Source: Setoptus koraiensis
Taxonomy: Eukaryota; Animalia; Arthropoda
Length of the DNA stretch: 63,778 nt
Assembly: GCA_048013815.1 (NCBI GenBank)
Contig: CM106586.1
Coordinates: 12,834,223-12,898,000, forward strand
Reading direction: 5' to 3'
The notes under the pieces were generated by a model that was given only the letters and a program-made list of their open reading frames with translations, was not told the DNA's origin and made no database searches. The position numbers and the translations under genes were made by a program. Position 1 is the stretch's first letter. Every line of letters begins with the position of its first letter. Of this stretch, positions 11,566 to 26,000 are shown one piece after another.

Positions 11566-13039
11566 GACGACGACGACGACGGCGGCGGCGGCGGCCTCGC
11601 AATCTCAATGGTGGCAAAATAATTGATTTTATCCCTCTCTGTCTTCAACTGTCTAACTATGTTATTCGGACTATGTTATTCGGACTATGTTATGTAAGCA
11701 CGTGATGACGACAATGCTTGAGAGGGTGATAATGTAAATTAGCCGCTTTGTTTGCGTTGCCGGCGAGTTCTAATGACGCCTTCTGATGTTGCTGTCGTAT
11801 TACGGTGAAAGTACTTGAAATGAGTGTAGATCCGATGTTTATACTGATGTTTATGTGTGAACAAATGGTACAGTGAATTACTGGTCGGCAGTTGTCGCTT
11901 CCTGAGATGCTGCTGCTCGCGCCTCAATTGAAATGTGTTGTTGTCGTTGTTGTGATAATCTCAATCAAGTGAGTTCCTGTTGTCGAGTAGAGGGGAACAG
12001 ATAGAGCAAGAGAGGAGTTGCTTCATTTGATTAGGCACGCTGTGTGGATTTGATAAGATGTTTGGGTGACTCGATGTGATGATTTCTTCTTCTTTTCGGG
12101 AGGCCCCCTTTTGTGGAGGGGAGGCATAATGTGTGAAACGAAAGCTCGCGCGTCTGCCAGAGATAGATAGTGTGTACAACATTGTTGTGGGGCCCAGGAT
12201 ATTGAAAGAAACGTTTGATTGTCTGTCAGGCGTTGTTCAGTGTGAATGTGCGCCAACAAGCAAGACGCCACACACTAGACACTGGCCGATATGGGCCGAT
12301 ATTAAACGACGATATTAAACGACGCTTAATGGCGCCCTCTATGCGCCAGTTGTACGTTTGACAGTGGGCCGGCCCCTCTATTAAACCGACTCACACGGAC
12401 CATAATTGATCCATCTGGATATAACGTTATTGTATAACGTTGTGTACGGCCGCCGCCGCCGCCGCAAGATAGATAACAAGGCCGCCGCCGCCGCTATGAT
12501 TTGTCGCCAACACAACAAACTGGCCAGCATACATTGTTGCCAGTGGCGGCATTAGTTGCGTAATATTATTACTTCTTATCCTTATTTATTTATATTACGC
12601 AACCGGCCCAGCAGCCATTAATCTCGACCTAATGACTAGCGGCACGAGAAAAGACGCGCTGGCTGGCTGGTCGGCTGGCTGACTGGCTGGCTGGTGAAAC
12701 CAGTGGCCCCAGCAGTTAAAGTTGGCTCTGGTCAAGTGTGTCGCGGCTGATGTATCTATAAGTACCGTAAAAACGTGTTTTGGTCATTTTGTGATTATAA
12801 TTGGCTTGGCCGCTCGTCATTTCGCAATATAGCGCGACAATAGGCGCGCTCGGCCAGCGCCCGGCGAACAAAGCAACTATCAAACTAACGGATATACAAT
12901 ATATATATGTATTGCGACTCGAAAATAAAGTGCCTTTAGAGCTCATTGAGATTGGCGAGCGAGTAAATTGTGCCAGTCGGTCGCTGGTGACACTGCGGCT
13001 ACTCGTATAAATAGTTTCACTGAGTGGTCTCATCCGGCA

Positions 13040-13262
13040 GCCCGCTTTGTATCGCGCTTTGTATCGCGCTTTATATCCCCGCTCCACATCTGCCGCTAAA
13101 TATCCGCTATATATCCGCTTTATATCTGGCCGCTTCACATATCCCCGCAGTTTATATATCCGTGCTTGATATATCCGCGCTTGATATATCCCCGCCTGAT
13201 ATATCCGCGCCTGATGTGTCCCCGCCTGATGTGTCCCCCAGTTTGTGTCGCCCAGTTTGTGT
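13040..13262. repeat. Degenerate 12-15-bp minisatellite whose unit drifts along the array
   Basis: cgctttgtatcg x2, then gcttgatatatccgc-type units, then gcctgatgtgtcccc, then cagtttgtgt units. Confidence 0.8.
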
Positions 13263-14725
13263 GTGCCGGCGGTTGTTTGGGGGCCGGGGACACACAAAGC
13301 CCCGACAACAGATATGTGTGTATTTATATATGGCTTTGGAAATAGATCGCATGTAATTAATCATAGAAGCCGCTTGCTAATGTTGCGTAACTTGCGGCCA
13401 CTTGTGCCAGCCGGGCGATCGTGTTCATTAATGGACCGCACACTCTCATACGGATTGTCATCTAGCGTCTATAATCAGAGCCCGCTCTGGCGCAAAAGTG
13501 GCAACGCGATCTCAATCATGCCCGCCAGACAGTTAATGGCATATGCTTACCAAGTGATTTTGTTGGCAAGAGGGGCCCGCCGCCGCCGCCGCGTGTCACG
13601 CGGCTGTGCGAATCAATTGCATTCCGTCATCGTGCGCCGCTCTCGTTATCATCACATTGGCCCATTAAGCTGGCCGGCCGGCTGGCCGTCGAGCCAGTTA
13701 GTTGTCGAGCTAGGTGCGTTGCGTCACTTTTATCGGCGGCGCGCAATACGGTGCCGCTGACGGTGATGAAGGTCGCGGGCACTAGTGCACCCAGCTCGCC
13801 GCCAGTCGCTAATGAATCCGACGATTCAACCGCCAGGGCATGGTATGTGTGTGAGTGTGTCGCTGATTATGGCGAGATTTACAAACAAACACAAAACGCT
13901 CTCGTGTTATATTGTCCAACTAATCGCCGGGACCGGCTGTTTTTCATCAGCACAACCAGCCGTGTTTGTCTTGGCAAACATCCTGGCCAAACACACAAAG
14001 AGTTGATGCCATACGCGACAACTAGACTTTTTTGGCCTCTCTCTCTCTGCACTTGCGAAACGATAATAACAACAATGACTCTGGCAACAGCGACAACAAC
14101 GACAACAACAACAACGACAACATCAACTGTGCACAGGTGACATAGTTGACAATGATCGAGCGCACGATTCCAAAGTGACACACACACACAAAAGTGCGCC
14201 AATAACTGCTGGCTAGGCACCGCTGGCGAGACACCAATGTCGAGGCTGGCAACTAATTCAGCTATCATGACACAACAATGACAAAGGGCGTCATATTAAA
14301 GCCTGTTATCAATAACGCAGTTACGTAATATAGCCGGCAACAGTGCAAGCGTTTGATTGGCGTTTGGCGTTTGGCGCGCGCGCGTTTTATTATTAATATC
14401 ACACCAACGGCAACTACCGAGGGCCTTTGTTGCCTGCTGCATGTAGCTCTAAGCGGAGCTGCTATTGGATAATATTGTTATTATTATATAAATATACGTA
14501 TATATTTGATGTTATAAAGCGACATGCTGGCTCGCTCTGTGTCGGGCCAAACAATATTGCACGCCCAACTACACAACGCACAGGTATCCGGTTGTTGGTG
14601 TATCCATTGATGTTGTTGCTCGCTTGCTTGCTTGCTCGGTGACCAATCAAGTAGAAAGCTCAAATCGACGACGATTAGCATGCTTGATGACAACTCATTA
14701 ATAAACATGACGCAATTATACGCCT

Positions 14726-14764
14726 CAACATCAGCAACGACATCGACATCGACAACAACAACAG

Positions 14765-14817
<53 letters not shown>

Positions 14818-14866
14818 GCAACAGCAGCAACAACAACAGCAGCAACAACAGCGACAACAACAACGA
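14726..14866. repeat. (ACA/GCA)n trinucleotide microsatellite
   Basis: Long acaacaaca run with gca/tca interruptions. Confidence 0.95.
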
Positions 14867-17800
14867 CGGGCGAAAAGGCCCGTCGTTTGACATATTATAT
14901 ATGCTGTTGCGTCACTACAACATCGGGGTGCGTTTTCATCAATTAATAGTAAGCAAATGGGACGACCAATTACTACTGCTGGTACTAATTGATTATCTGT
15001 CTATGTCTGTATAACAAACACACAGCTACCTAGTGCTGTCGTCGCCACTAATGCACTCGATTCTAATAATATCAATCAATTCATTAATACGCACCAAATT
15101 CATTATTAGATAGACAAGTTGCCGATAGAGAGCCGATAATGCATTGGCACCGGCAGTCACTCTCTTTTTTATCCCCTCTCTATGGGCGCTGTCATCTAGC
15201 CAAATGCGTCTAGCCGACTGCTGCACAAGCCAGCAAAGTGCTGTCTGGCCCATGCCGACTGGACAGCAAAAGGACCCAAGACAGCACACAGATTCTTGCT
15301 TGCATCTCTATTTATCTGTTTAGCCTGCCCATTTATGAGCCATTAACCCATTTATCTATTGAGCTGACCGATGGATTGGCTGCTGCTGCATGGGCCCCAT
15401 TTTGCTTTGTTGTGTCCTCGCGGGGCCGCATAAATAATAAACTATGTGGATAAGTGTTTGTGTGTGTGTCGATTTTGCAAACTAATCGAGCTGGCGCCCA
15501 ATCGACCATTAACTACACACAAAGCGCTAGATTGATCGTTTTTGAATGCCATCGGGCCCGGCCCAGCCCAGCCCGACACAAGCGAGCGCCCATGTGTGCC
15601 GATAACTTTGCGTCGGCCCCAACAACGGCGATGGCGATGATGGCGAGCGAGTTATCCGCACGGGCTCAAATGAAAGCAAAATGCTGGCCACACAAAGAGA
15701 TGATCGATGGCCCAAAAACTGTCCACTGTGTGTATATGTGCGGTGTGTCACAACCGGCACTGGCCCCTAACCAACTGGCTGACTCATTGATCAGCTGACC
15801 GCTTGTGGGTGGCCCTACGACCGTCACAAAGGGTTGGTGGCCTCGTCTCGTATCGAGCCGATAAAGAGCTGACGACGGAAGCCGCTTGAGCAACAACTGA
15901 GCGAGCCATCGGACGACAATAATCTAATTATTACGTACTGTGATAGAGAGAAGATTCAACTCACCTTGACTGGATATGTTTGCGTTGGCTGTTTGATAAT
16001 GACAGAGCGTCGTGTGTGTGTGAAATCAATATCAAGTTACGTCGTTTGTCTGCCCGATTAGTGGAGCCGATGGGACTGATAGATGAGGCCGACGGCGATA
16101 ATCGGCTGCTGTCCGTTGAGCTGTGACGCTCGCTACTTGTTGTGGCCAATTTTCAAATTGAATTCTAACCACTTCACTCTACATCGCTGGTGGCCCGTTC
16201 TTCGCCTGATTAATTTGCCCCTCTGATCCGTCTAATCTGGCCGGTGAATACTGTGTCTCGGCGTCTTGTTGACACAATGTCGTCGGCGGTCTTATTAGAA
16301 CTATCTACTCGAGGGCGCTGATTGGATATGGATTGGTATGGTGATGATTGCTGTTATGACGCTGGCCATCGTTGTGTGTGAAATGATAAAACTATAATAA
16401 TGATAAAACCTATTAAAACTGACGCTCGGCCATGATCTAATTGTGACAATAAATTGTGTTGTGTAACTATGGCAATAACTGATTAGCATATGTCGATGGC
16501 ACTTGGTGTGTGTGCGAAACAACAATGACGGATAAAAACAATTGTTGTTTTTGTTGTTGTCGTCGATTGACACTTTGTTGCAAATTGCTGCCAACAACAG
16601 ATTTGTTTGTTGGCCAACAAATGGGTGCGCTCTTTGATCGACAGGCGGCCACTAGTAAATTGTTGTGCTGCGCCCAATAGCAGGTGAAATGATGTTGATC
16701 ATTGAGCGCCACCTACCGATTGAGCGCACGCACAAATATAAATCAACACACATACACACTCGCTCGCACTCCACTCGTGTAGCTAGCGACAAAACCTTGA
16801 AATTATCGCAACAATGTTGGCAACGTTAGTCGTTGGCTTGCTTTTTACAATTTGTTAGTTATTTTTTTCAGTTATTGTGATTCTTCTCTGACCTCGTTTC
16901 GCTTGTTTGCTGGCTTTTGATTGCACTTTTGTGTGTCGTTTTGTAATTTTTCCAGACTAACAACAATGACAATGCTGGCTGTATATTTCATATATTTCAC
17001 TGTAAATGTGTGTGTTCTATAAATATCACCACTGTTTTGACATTGATCCCTCGTGAGTCTTGTCACCAGTGAAGCGTTGAACTGATCATCAAAAAACTCT
17101 GTTCCTGCTGGGCTGGCCAACTAATAAAACAAACCAGCACACAGGCCAACAACAACAGCGACAACAGCGACAACAGCGACACAGCAGCAACAACAACAAC
17201 AACAAAGGTGTGATTGCGTAATGTATCAATGGCGTTTCGTTGGTGTTGTTGTTGTTGATTTGGTTATCTCGGTTTTGTTTTGGTGGCCGCTAGATGGCCA
17301 GTGGTGAACACCATCGGTCCAATGGCATCGGACAAACGAGCGAGCGAGAGGGAGACAGAGAGAGAGGGCAAAATAATAACAGTGTGACAGTTGACAGTTA
17401 ATATCGCTCGACGAGAACGTGGTCGCCTATTTTGTGTTGTTATTATTTTTCTTCTTTTGCTATTTTCGCTTTTAGTCGCTATTTGTTGTTGGATATGGAT
17501 CTGGCGGTTTTGTTCGGCGGCAGTGGCGTTGCGTTGCGTTTTGTGCGTCTGTTGATTGTTATTGGGAGTGATATTTATAACTGCTAGCGGGCTGCTGCTA
17601 TTACTTGCTGGCCAGACCGTTGCCTGTTGGCTGTTGGCTAGACTGTTGGCTGTTGGCTAGACTGTTGGCTAGGTGAGCGCGCCGAGACACGTTAACTGGG
17701 GGCGCTAGCTGGGGCTGTGCGGCAGTGGGGCGACAGGCCAACGATCGATTGGAATCGATTTGACGTGACTTGATAAAATCTACAAACACTGAAACCCAAT

Positions 17801-19194
17801 CTACAGACAATCAGATCACTAACGGTTAGACGTGAATAGCTGGCCGATTGAGCAGCAAAATGTCTTGTTTGTGAGTGTGCGAGTCTCGGGTATCACTGGC
17901 TGCTGGCGCTGCCTGCCGCCTGCAACACCCACGCGGGGCCGCGCCAGCGGGCCCCACAAGCGGGCCCCAGTGGCGCAACAACGGCGCCAGCGTGAGCAGC
18001 AGCAACAACAATGGCGCGGTGCGCATTCTCCGGCGCACGGGCTCCCCGACGCTGCTGGTTCGAGGTGGTTCGAGGGCTGGCTGGCAGTTGGGGGCTGGCT
18101 GGCGGCTCGGGGCTGGCGGCTCGGGGCTGGCGGCTCGGGTCAGACGGTAGGCAGTTTATCTTTGTAGCTTGGCTGCCGTTTGGTTGGCGTCAACGCGAAC
18201 GCGCACTGCAAATAACATTATATAACACTCGAGCCAACGAAGCAAACTAATAGAGACACACTGGCGGCCGGCAGCACAGCGACTTTTTATTTTGTTTTGT
18301 TATTATCCGACAGGATGAGCAGCGGCAGCGGCGTCATCGGCCGCGTTGCCCATGAAACGTTGAACAACGCACAAGATTAAATTGATTGTCTGTGTCTATG
18401 CTCATATTCTCACTTGGGGCCCCGATTGTCGGCGATTGAGGCGAGCCCGGCAGACAATGGGCCGCCGACAGCAGGCGCTGGCAAGCGACTAACGAGTTTA
18501 GTATCAAGTTTTCGGCAGCCGCGCAGCGCCAACTGGCGATGGCTGGCCAATGTTGATCGCTCAAAAAAAAGAACAACAACAAGCGACATAACGGGCGAGG
18601 GGGCTCCGGGCAACTTGAACGTAGCCACCATGCTAATACCGTCGCCGTGCCTGTCTATTTGTCGGCTCTATCCGTCTATTTGGCGCCCGGCTTACGTGTT
18701 TTGTTTCAGCTGACTGCTTGGCTGACTTGGCGCCAGCCGATTGGGCCGACGAGAGGGCCGCTCGCCAATCGACGAAAGGGCGACGCAGCTCGGCTGTGGG
18801 GCCCCGCCAATCCATTCTGGAATGAGCCCGCGCCGCGTTAGGGACGGGCCCAATTTGAGGCGCGCGCGCGCGCTCGCGAATCAATATATAACAGACTAAA
18901 GATTGGCTTGGCTATAAACAGCAGCTTAGCACGTCCGCCTACTAATGAAATCATCTTAGTAAAATGACAGCGCCGGCACAGACTTGTGCCAGACACACCA
19001 ATTATAGACAATCAGGCGTCGCAGCGCCCGAATCGTTATAACCAGCGAGCCCGATTCGCGGCGAGCGCCACTCGCAGCGAGCCCCATTCTGGCTGGCTGG
19101 TTATAACAATGATGATGATGATCATCATCATTGTTATAACCGGCGGCGGCTCAGTTTGCCCATTTGCTGTCGCCGGCCGTAGCCGCTGAGTCGG

Positions 19195-19320
19195 TGGGGC
19201 CCACCAGCCCAATCGGGCCCCACCAGCCCAATCGGGCCCCATCAAGCCCCATCGGCGGGCCCCATCAAGCCCCATCGGCGGGCCCCATCAAGCCGGCGAT
19301 GGCCCCATCAAGCCCCATCT
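19195..19320. repeat. GC-rich tandem repeats built on gggccccatc/aagccccatc
   Basis: Repeated ccccatcaagccccatcggcggg and cccaatcgggcccc units. Confidence 0.8.
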
Positions 19321-19949
19321 TGCCAGAGATCCAAATCACAAATGAATGATATAAAACGTGTTTGCACGTTTATGGTCCACACAAACATCCTTTATGCGAC
19401 ACATCGCTGGTCGCTCGCGAGTGCCAATTTGGCCAATTTGGGGCCAAGTTTGAGCCACCAGCTCCACGATTCACTACACACGATCTCGCTGCAATGATGG
19501 GTCGCGCAAATCGAGTTGCGACTCGCCGCTTGCCCGCCGTTTGTCGCTGCTGGACAGGCCCGAACGGGCCGCCAATTGGCGCGGCCAAACGGAAGCGGAT
19601 GAAGGCGCGCACTCCGGCGCAAACTGTGCGCCCGGCTGAGGCGCATAAAATGGGCATAAAAGGAGCATAAAAGGGCGCGCAGAGGCGAGCAATGATCGCC
19701 AATGGGCCCGTCGGCTCCTTGCCGCGGAAAATATGTCCAGAATAAGAATTAGTTTCGTGTCGTTCGCCCGCTTGCCTGAGTGACTCTGGCAAGTGAACGA
19801 GCCACCAGTCACGCTGGACACACGAGAAACTCTCTTGCTCCCTTTCTCTCTCTCTCTCTCTGTCTTTCTCCCTTTCTCTCGCTCTTTCTCTCCCTTTCCG
19901 CCTTGGCCCCGCTTTATCCCGCTGTCGCGCTCGCGCTCGTTCGGTTCAC

Positions 19950-19993
19950 TCAGCTCGGCTGGATCGGTCAGCTCGGCTGGATCGGTCAGCTCG
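19950..19993. repeat. 18-bp tandem repeat (about 2.4 copies)
   Basis: tcagctcggctggatcgg x2 plus partial copy. Confidence 0.9.
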
Positions 19994-20262
19994 CGCGGCC
20001 CGGTCCGCCTCGGTCGCTGGCGGAATCACTTGAGGGAACTTGCCAATGACAAGTGGCCCGCGACAAGCAACCAGCGCCCGCCACATCAACAACAAATAAG
20101 CACTAGTTTGCCTAGCCAATGGCCTTGCCGCCGACCATTCTATCGGGTCGACTTGATCGCCGACGAGCGGCCCCACTAACGGTCCAGTTATGCCGCTTCC
20201 TGCTTTGTAATAATGCGATGCCCGGATCAATTGCGGGCAACGAGCCAACCGGGCCCCACGAT

Positions 20263-20334
20263 GGCCAGTGCCGCAACGGTGGCCAGTGCCGCAACGGTGG
20301 CTAGTGCCGCAACGGTGGCTAGTGCCGCAACGAT
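20263..20334. repeat. 18-bp tandem repeat, 4 copies
   Basis: ggc(c/t)agtgccgcaacg(g/a)t x4. Confidence 0.95.
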
Positions 20335-22969
20335 GGGCAATGTCACCACGATGGGTCGTATCAAGTGGCCGCCGAGCGGAATTTATCAATGGCGAGCGGC
20401 CCAGCCGCCAGTGATCGCCGACAAATGATGGCGACCGACGACAACTTTGTAATTTGCTTCATTGTTCATTTTCGTCCAATAACTACTCACAATCGTTAAA
20501 GTGAGCACACAGGCTTATTCTTTGCCTTTTTCAATGGCATTTTCAATTGCATCCCGCGGAGTTCTCTCGGTGGGGGCCAGCCTTGGCGGGGGCCAGCTTT
20601 CGTGGGGGCCAGCTTTCGTGGGGGCCGGCGCCTCACAGGAAATAGAACGCCTGACAGCCAGCCTGGCGGCGAGTCTTGGCTCGTGCCAATGTGCGCAGTG
20701 TGATTCGGGCCAAATGGGGCCCCTTTTGGCTTGATTTGATCGCTGGCCGGCGTTTGTTGTGTTTGTCGCTGGCAAGGCTGGTGAGCGGGCAAGCGGCTTG
20801 TCGCGGCCAGAGAGAGGTCTCGATCCACTTCAAACTGGGCTCTCTCTCGACGGCAGCAACGGCAAGATTGATGCTGCTGCGGTCATACTATTACTACTGT
20901 TTACTTGTCCACCTAGCTATAGAGAGATAATAATCGCAATAACAATAATGCCGGATAAGTGCTGTGTGCGTCTAGCCAGCTTCACACATACACCGGCAAA
21001 GGCGCTTATGGGGCTCAGGCGACAGGGATAAGGTCACTGGTTTGTGTCTGGCCCGTCTAATTTGTATTTATTGTGTGTGCGTGTCTAGTCTCGTCCAGTC
21101 AATTGACCACGGGCGAGTGTGTTACATAATAACGACCACGACGACGACACATATCTCTGTGTCTGTCTGGCCGTTGTTTTGGCCGGTCGCAGTTGGTCGG
21201 TGTGAGTTAGTGATAACGGTCACTAACTAAACTGACTGCGCGCCCCACAGCGATATGACTGTCAGCGAACACAACGGCGCGCGATTTACAGGCCGAATGC
21301 GCGATTTAGAGGCCGAATTCGCGGGCCGAATGCGCGGGCCGGAGCGCGCCGAGAGCGATGATCCGCGAGTGAGAATGGCAATTACTATAGCAACATGGGC
21401 ACCGTTATCGCGCCCCTCAAGTGAGTCATATCCACGGTCATATTCATAGTCATGAGACACAAACAGCAAATAGCAAATATCGTCGTAACGTTACGTAACG
21501 CAGATCTCGTGAGAGTGGCACGCGCGAATAATACGTACGTGTATGCGTGGCAGAATATGTAAAACGCGCGCGCAAAGCAATTCGTATTCCGTACAGAATT
21601 TGTGCGGTTTGTCTAGACAGACACAAATAACGGTCACACGCAGCGCGAACAATTTTCGCTTGTTACATAATAGTGTGATGTTTCGCATAATCGGAGAGAA
21701 AAATGAGTTCAAGCAAAGTCGAACTGCCATGGCCAGTATTGCCCGTCGCGCGGGCTACCGATAATTTTTGCGCTCGCGGCCCCTCAACTCAGCGTTTTCA
21801 GTACTCTATTTCTCGAGTAATTTCTCGCTCGCCTTTGTTGGCGCGCTTAGAAAACGGCCACCAATTGCACAAAAGAAACATTGCGCAACACACGAACATT
21901 GCTTTGAAATTTCGGCGTTTCGGCAATGGGCACAACCCATTAGCACAGCGCCAACTACCATGGATAGCTGTGGTCGGCTGTGGCGAAATAGAACGGCGAC
22001 GACGGCGACGACGACGACGACGACTATTCTGGGAATCATTAAGTGAGCGAGCTCGCCACCGAAACAGGAAGTTCGCCCAGCGACGCCAATCGTACTCTTT
22101 GGCCCCGTACACTGGCTGCTGCTGGCCCCAAAACAAAAATTGCGTTTTGAGCCATTGCGCACAAGATACAGCCAGACACAGATTTGGGGCCCCGCTGCCA
22201 CATTTGGCCTTGGTTGGTGCCGGGGCGCGCCATGCCGGAAAAGCGCGCGATCTTTTGGCGCTCGGATCGCGCAAATCGGACGCGCTGCCAGCGAGCAAAA
22301 GAAACACACCTTTGGGAACCCACAGCTGGCCATGGGACCCGCTATGAAAAAGGCCAGCCGACCGGTGGGAATCGACTAGCCATCAAATGTCACCGCATCA
22401 CCAACGGGCCTAGGCAGCGGCTCGTTCGCAGCCAATTCAGCCAATGATTTGGATCGATCGAGGGGCGCCCATCTAGTCTCGCTCCACTAGTCGGCTGGCA
22501 TTTCTCTGGGCGCCGGCCGCAGAGGCCCGTTCCGTCGGAACGGATCGACTCGGCTCGGTTTGAGTCGAGTCGAGTCGAACGGCCCGCTGCAACGAGTGGC
22601 TTGGGGCCACCCACGAATATGACGGCTCGCCCGACTTGGCCGGCCCGATCCAACGGGCCCCAGAGCGTTTTAAGTGCGCTTTATATGTATTCATACACAT
22701 ATCTACTGTATACACAGCCGCTGTATACACAGCCGCTGTATATAGAGCGAGCACGAAAAGATATTCACTCGCTTCGCGCTAGCCGGCGCGCCGGGCCAGA
22801 GCTGGCCATTTAATAAAATTGGCATTAAAACTAAGTAGGCGACTTAGCACCTGATGTTACTGATCGCGCTGACATTCCATTCGCTTTCAATTCATTAAAA
22901 TTCACGGATAGACGATCCGAGCTTGGCCGCGCACACCGCAGCGATCTCCGGGCGCCGTGTGGGCGCCAT

Positions 22970-23090
22970 CGGAGCCGTCGGAGCCGTCGGAGCCGTCGGA
23001 GCCGTCGGAGCCTTCGGATCCTTCGGAGCCGTCGGAGCCGTTCGAGCCGCTGGAGCCGATCGAGCCGCCGGAGCCGATCGAGCTGTTCGA
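22970..23090. repeat. 9-bp tandem repeat (cggagccgt and variants)
   Basis: Several consecutive ggagccgtc units degrading to gagccgatc/gagccgctg. Confidence 0.9.
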
Positions 23091-26000
23091 GTAGAAGGAG
23101 ATTTCTAATCGGATTCTGTCCCGCCAGAGGGGCCTGTTTGATACCTTGCAACTTGCGACGCGCGCGCTCTCGCCACGGCTCGCCGGCCGGCCCCTCGATG
23201 GGGGCCCATTCCGATCCATTAGGCCGCCTCCGGGTATGCGGATTAGCGCCAAGGCAAGCCCGGCCTCCTTGGAGGTGTTTCGGCTCGCTTAATAAAGAGA
23301 TTAATTGTGCTCGCATACATACACTTCCTAGCTTGGGGCCCCCGAGCAAGCGCAAATTGCGCAATAACAACAACACCGACGACAGCCAAAACAACAGCAA
23401 AAACAACGGCGAAACAACAGCAACAGCGACGCCGAAACAACAGCAACAGCGACGCCAAAACAACAGCAACAGCGACGCCAAAAACAACAACAACAACGAC
23501 GTGCGCTATGGTTGTGCCAGGCGAGACTCTCGTTCTTTTGGGGCCAGTTGTTTGGGGCCTGGCACCGCTGTTCGGATTCGTTCCAATCCGAATAGCGGTA
23601 ATTGAATTAACGCTGACACACATACTCGCTGACGGCGCGCACCACACACAACAGTTTGCCGGTTGAATAATTGAGCCACCAGGCAACAATTCAACCAAAA
23701 ACAACAACCAAAATATCCATTTAACAAGCTCATATTTATGGATGCATTTTTTTTCGTCCGATACCATTCCATAACGCACCGTCGCTCCGCCAGACTCCGG
23801 CCTGCCGTTGCTGTCTGCCTGATGGATGGTTCGTCTGTCGGCCCCAACAATGCCCACCGGAGCCACAACGGCCCCCATTTGAGGCCCACAAAAATTTATG
23901 GGCCTGCACGTAAAAATTTGGCCTGTCTGGCTGCCGGCCAATGGCAGCCGACGCGGCACGTTAGCCGCGCCAGTCACTTTGATATCCAGTCTAATATCTA
24001 GCCACTGGCTAGATATCCGGACAATTGAGTTTTTCACTCGCTCACCTTGGGCCCGCTCATTTTCGCTTGCTGATATATAAGACATATCAAGTGAATAGGC
24101 AGAGGTAAATTTATTCACAGTTGCCTCGAGCCTCGGCCGGGCGCGTGCCAACCCGTTGGGGTGACACGGGCGCGCAAAGCTGCCGCAGTGGCCGCGAGAA
24201 AAAATCCATTTGTGGATATTCACCAGGGGCCGATATATGGGGCGATATATGAGGCGATATCAATTAGAACGCGGGGCACACACACACACACACACGCAAT
24301 CAAGGCAATTGTGAATATCGGCATTAGCTGGATAATTTCGACATGGAACGGTCATTACATGCTGCCGATTGACACGGATTGGCACGTGCCTGGTGCCAAT
24401 CATGATCGCAGCGCTTGATCGATGAATGCCAATGACGTAGCCGCAGCGGATCGAAGGGGCCCCGTGGCAGCCTCACGAAGCCACGCAAGGCACTGTGGAA
24501 CGTGAACGAAACGAGGAGCCAGACGAGGAGCGTTTTGAAGGAGAAAAAAAAAGAGCGAGAGAGCACACAATGTAGATGCAAATATTAGATAGGACGCGAC
24601 GCTTACCGGCGTCGCGATTGGTGTCAATGGGGCCCCGGCGCTTAATTGTATGCGATGGCGTCGTTGTACGGTGGCAGTGGCAAGATGCAAGATTCATTGC
24701 TGCCCGCATATCGCCCGGCAGATCGGGCACATTTCAATGGTCAATCGAGTATGATAATGCTGCTGCATCCATACGGGCACCGCCACTGGGGCCCCGTTGA
24801 GCATGGATTGCCTATCGCTGCTAATCATTTGATGCCGAGCTCGTCAACGGCAACCCCATCCTCTCTCCCTTTCTCTCCCATCTTTTTCGCCAGCCAGGGA
24901 GCAGATGGGTCGACGCTCAGATAGACAGTTGCTCATTGTGTGTATGAACGTCTGATAACGCGCGCGCGCCAAGACAGCAAGATAAAATGGCACCAAATGA
25001 GATGAGATGCGATGAGATAAAGCGACAAAGATGCCAGATAAAACTGAACGATGGCTCGTATGTTTGGGTGTGTGGGCCACACAATAAACAACACACAATA
25101 ACTAACAATCTTATGAATATCTGTATCACGTGTATCTGGTCGTGCAAAATGCGACTATTGTTTGGCCGTTATCGACAGTTTGGCTCGTTTGTTTATCGTG
25201 GCATTGGCCAGACAGTGGTGGAGTGGCTCACTCAACTACAAACAATAGTCCATTAAGATCGAATCAATCTGGCCAAAGCGCTTGCTCGATTTCTATTGAA
25301 CAGACGGACCAGAAAATCGTGGAAAGGAGGCCCCAATCGCTTGCATAATGGCGCCACTATTGCGATCCGTTCAATTGAACGAAAAAAAATAAGCCTGCTT
25401 ATACCAACAGGGCGTCCGAGAAACAATTTAAACTGCTTGCGATACTGATCGCAAGCAGTCGCAACGTCGTCGTCGTCGTCAGACAATTTGTCGGTCAACT
25501 TTGCCAGCGGGTCCCAACAGTGACGAAGAGCCCGCATTGTGCACACTGTTGCCAGCAATTTATCGCAAGCCCAGCGGCAAATATCGGGTCAAGATTCCTG
25601 GATATTGTCCGCTCGTCCACTGCCACCATTACTGAGGCCAGATATTACAGGCGAAATGGGGCTACCTAAGCGGCTAATAAAAGGCGATTTTGAGATGTCT
25701 CTCTCTCTCTCTGTTCAGTTCTCTCGCCTGGTTCAGTCCTCCTTTCAAAACTCTCTGGATCAGAGACTCGGATGGGTAGCAGCTTGAGAATTGGATCGCA
25801 TGAGATGAGCGAGCCGTTTATTTCGGCGTTTGGATAACGATCTCTTGAAGCGCCCAGCGGCCTCAGATGTCTGACCAATACCAATTCGATATTATCGGGC
25901 CAGAGTATGGATTAAAAAGGGGGCCCCGTGGAAGTTGCGCCAAGCAAACTTCTTGAGCCGCCAAATAATAGATAGTGCGAGCGATATCGAGAGCTTGCAT

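Noticed and set aside
19950-23090. Short tandem repeats considered as a CRISPR-like array
   Set aside because: Units are directly adjacent with no unique spacers, no cas genes, eukaryotic context.
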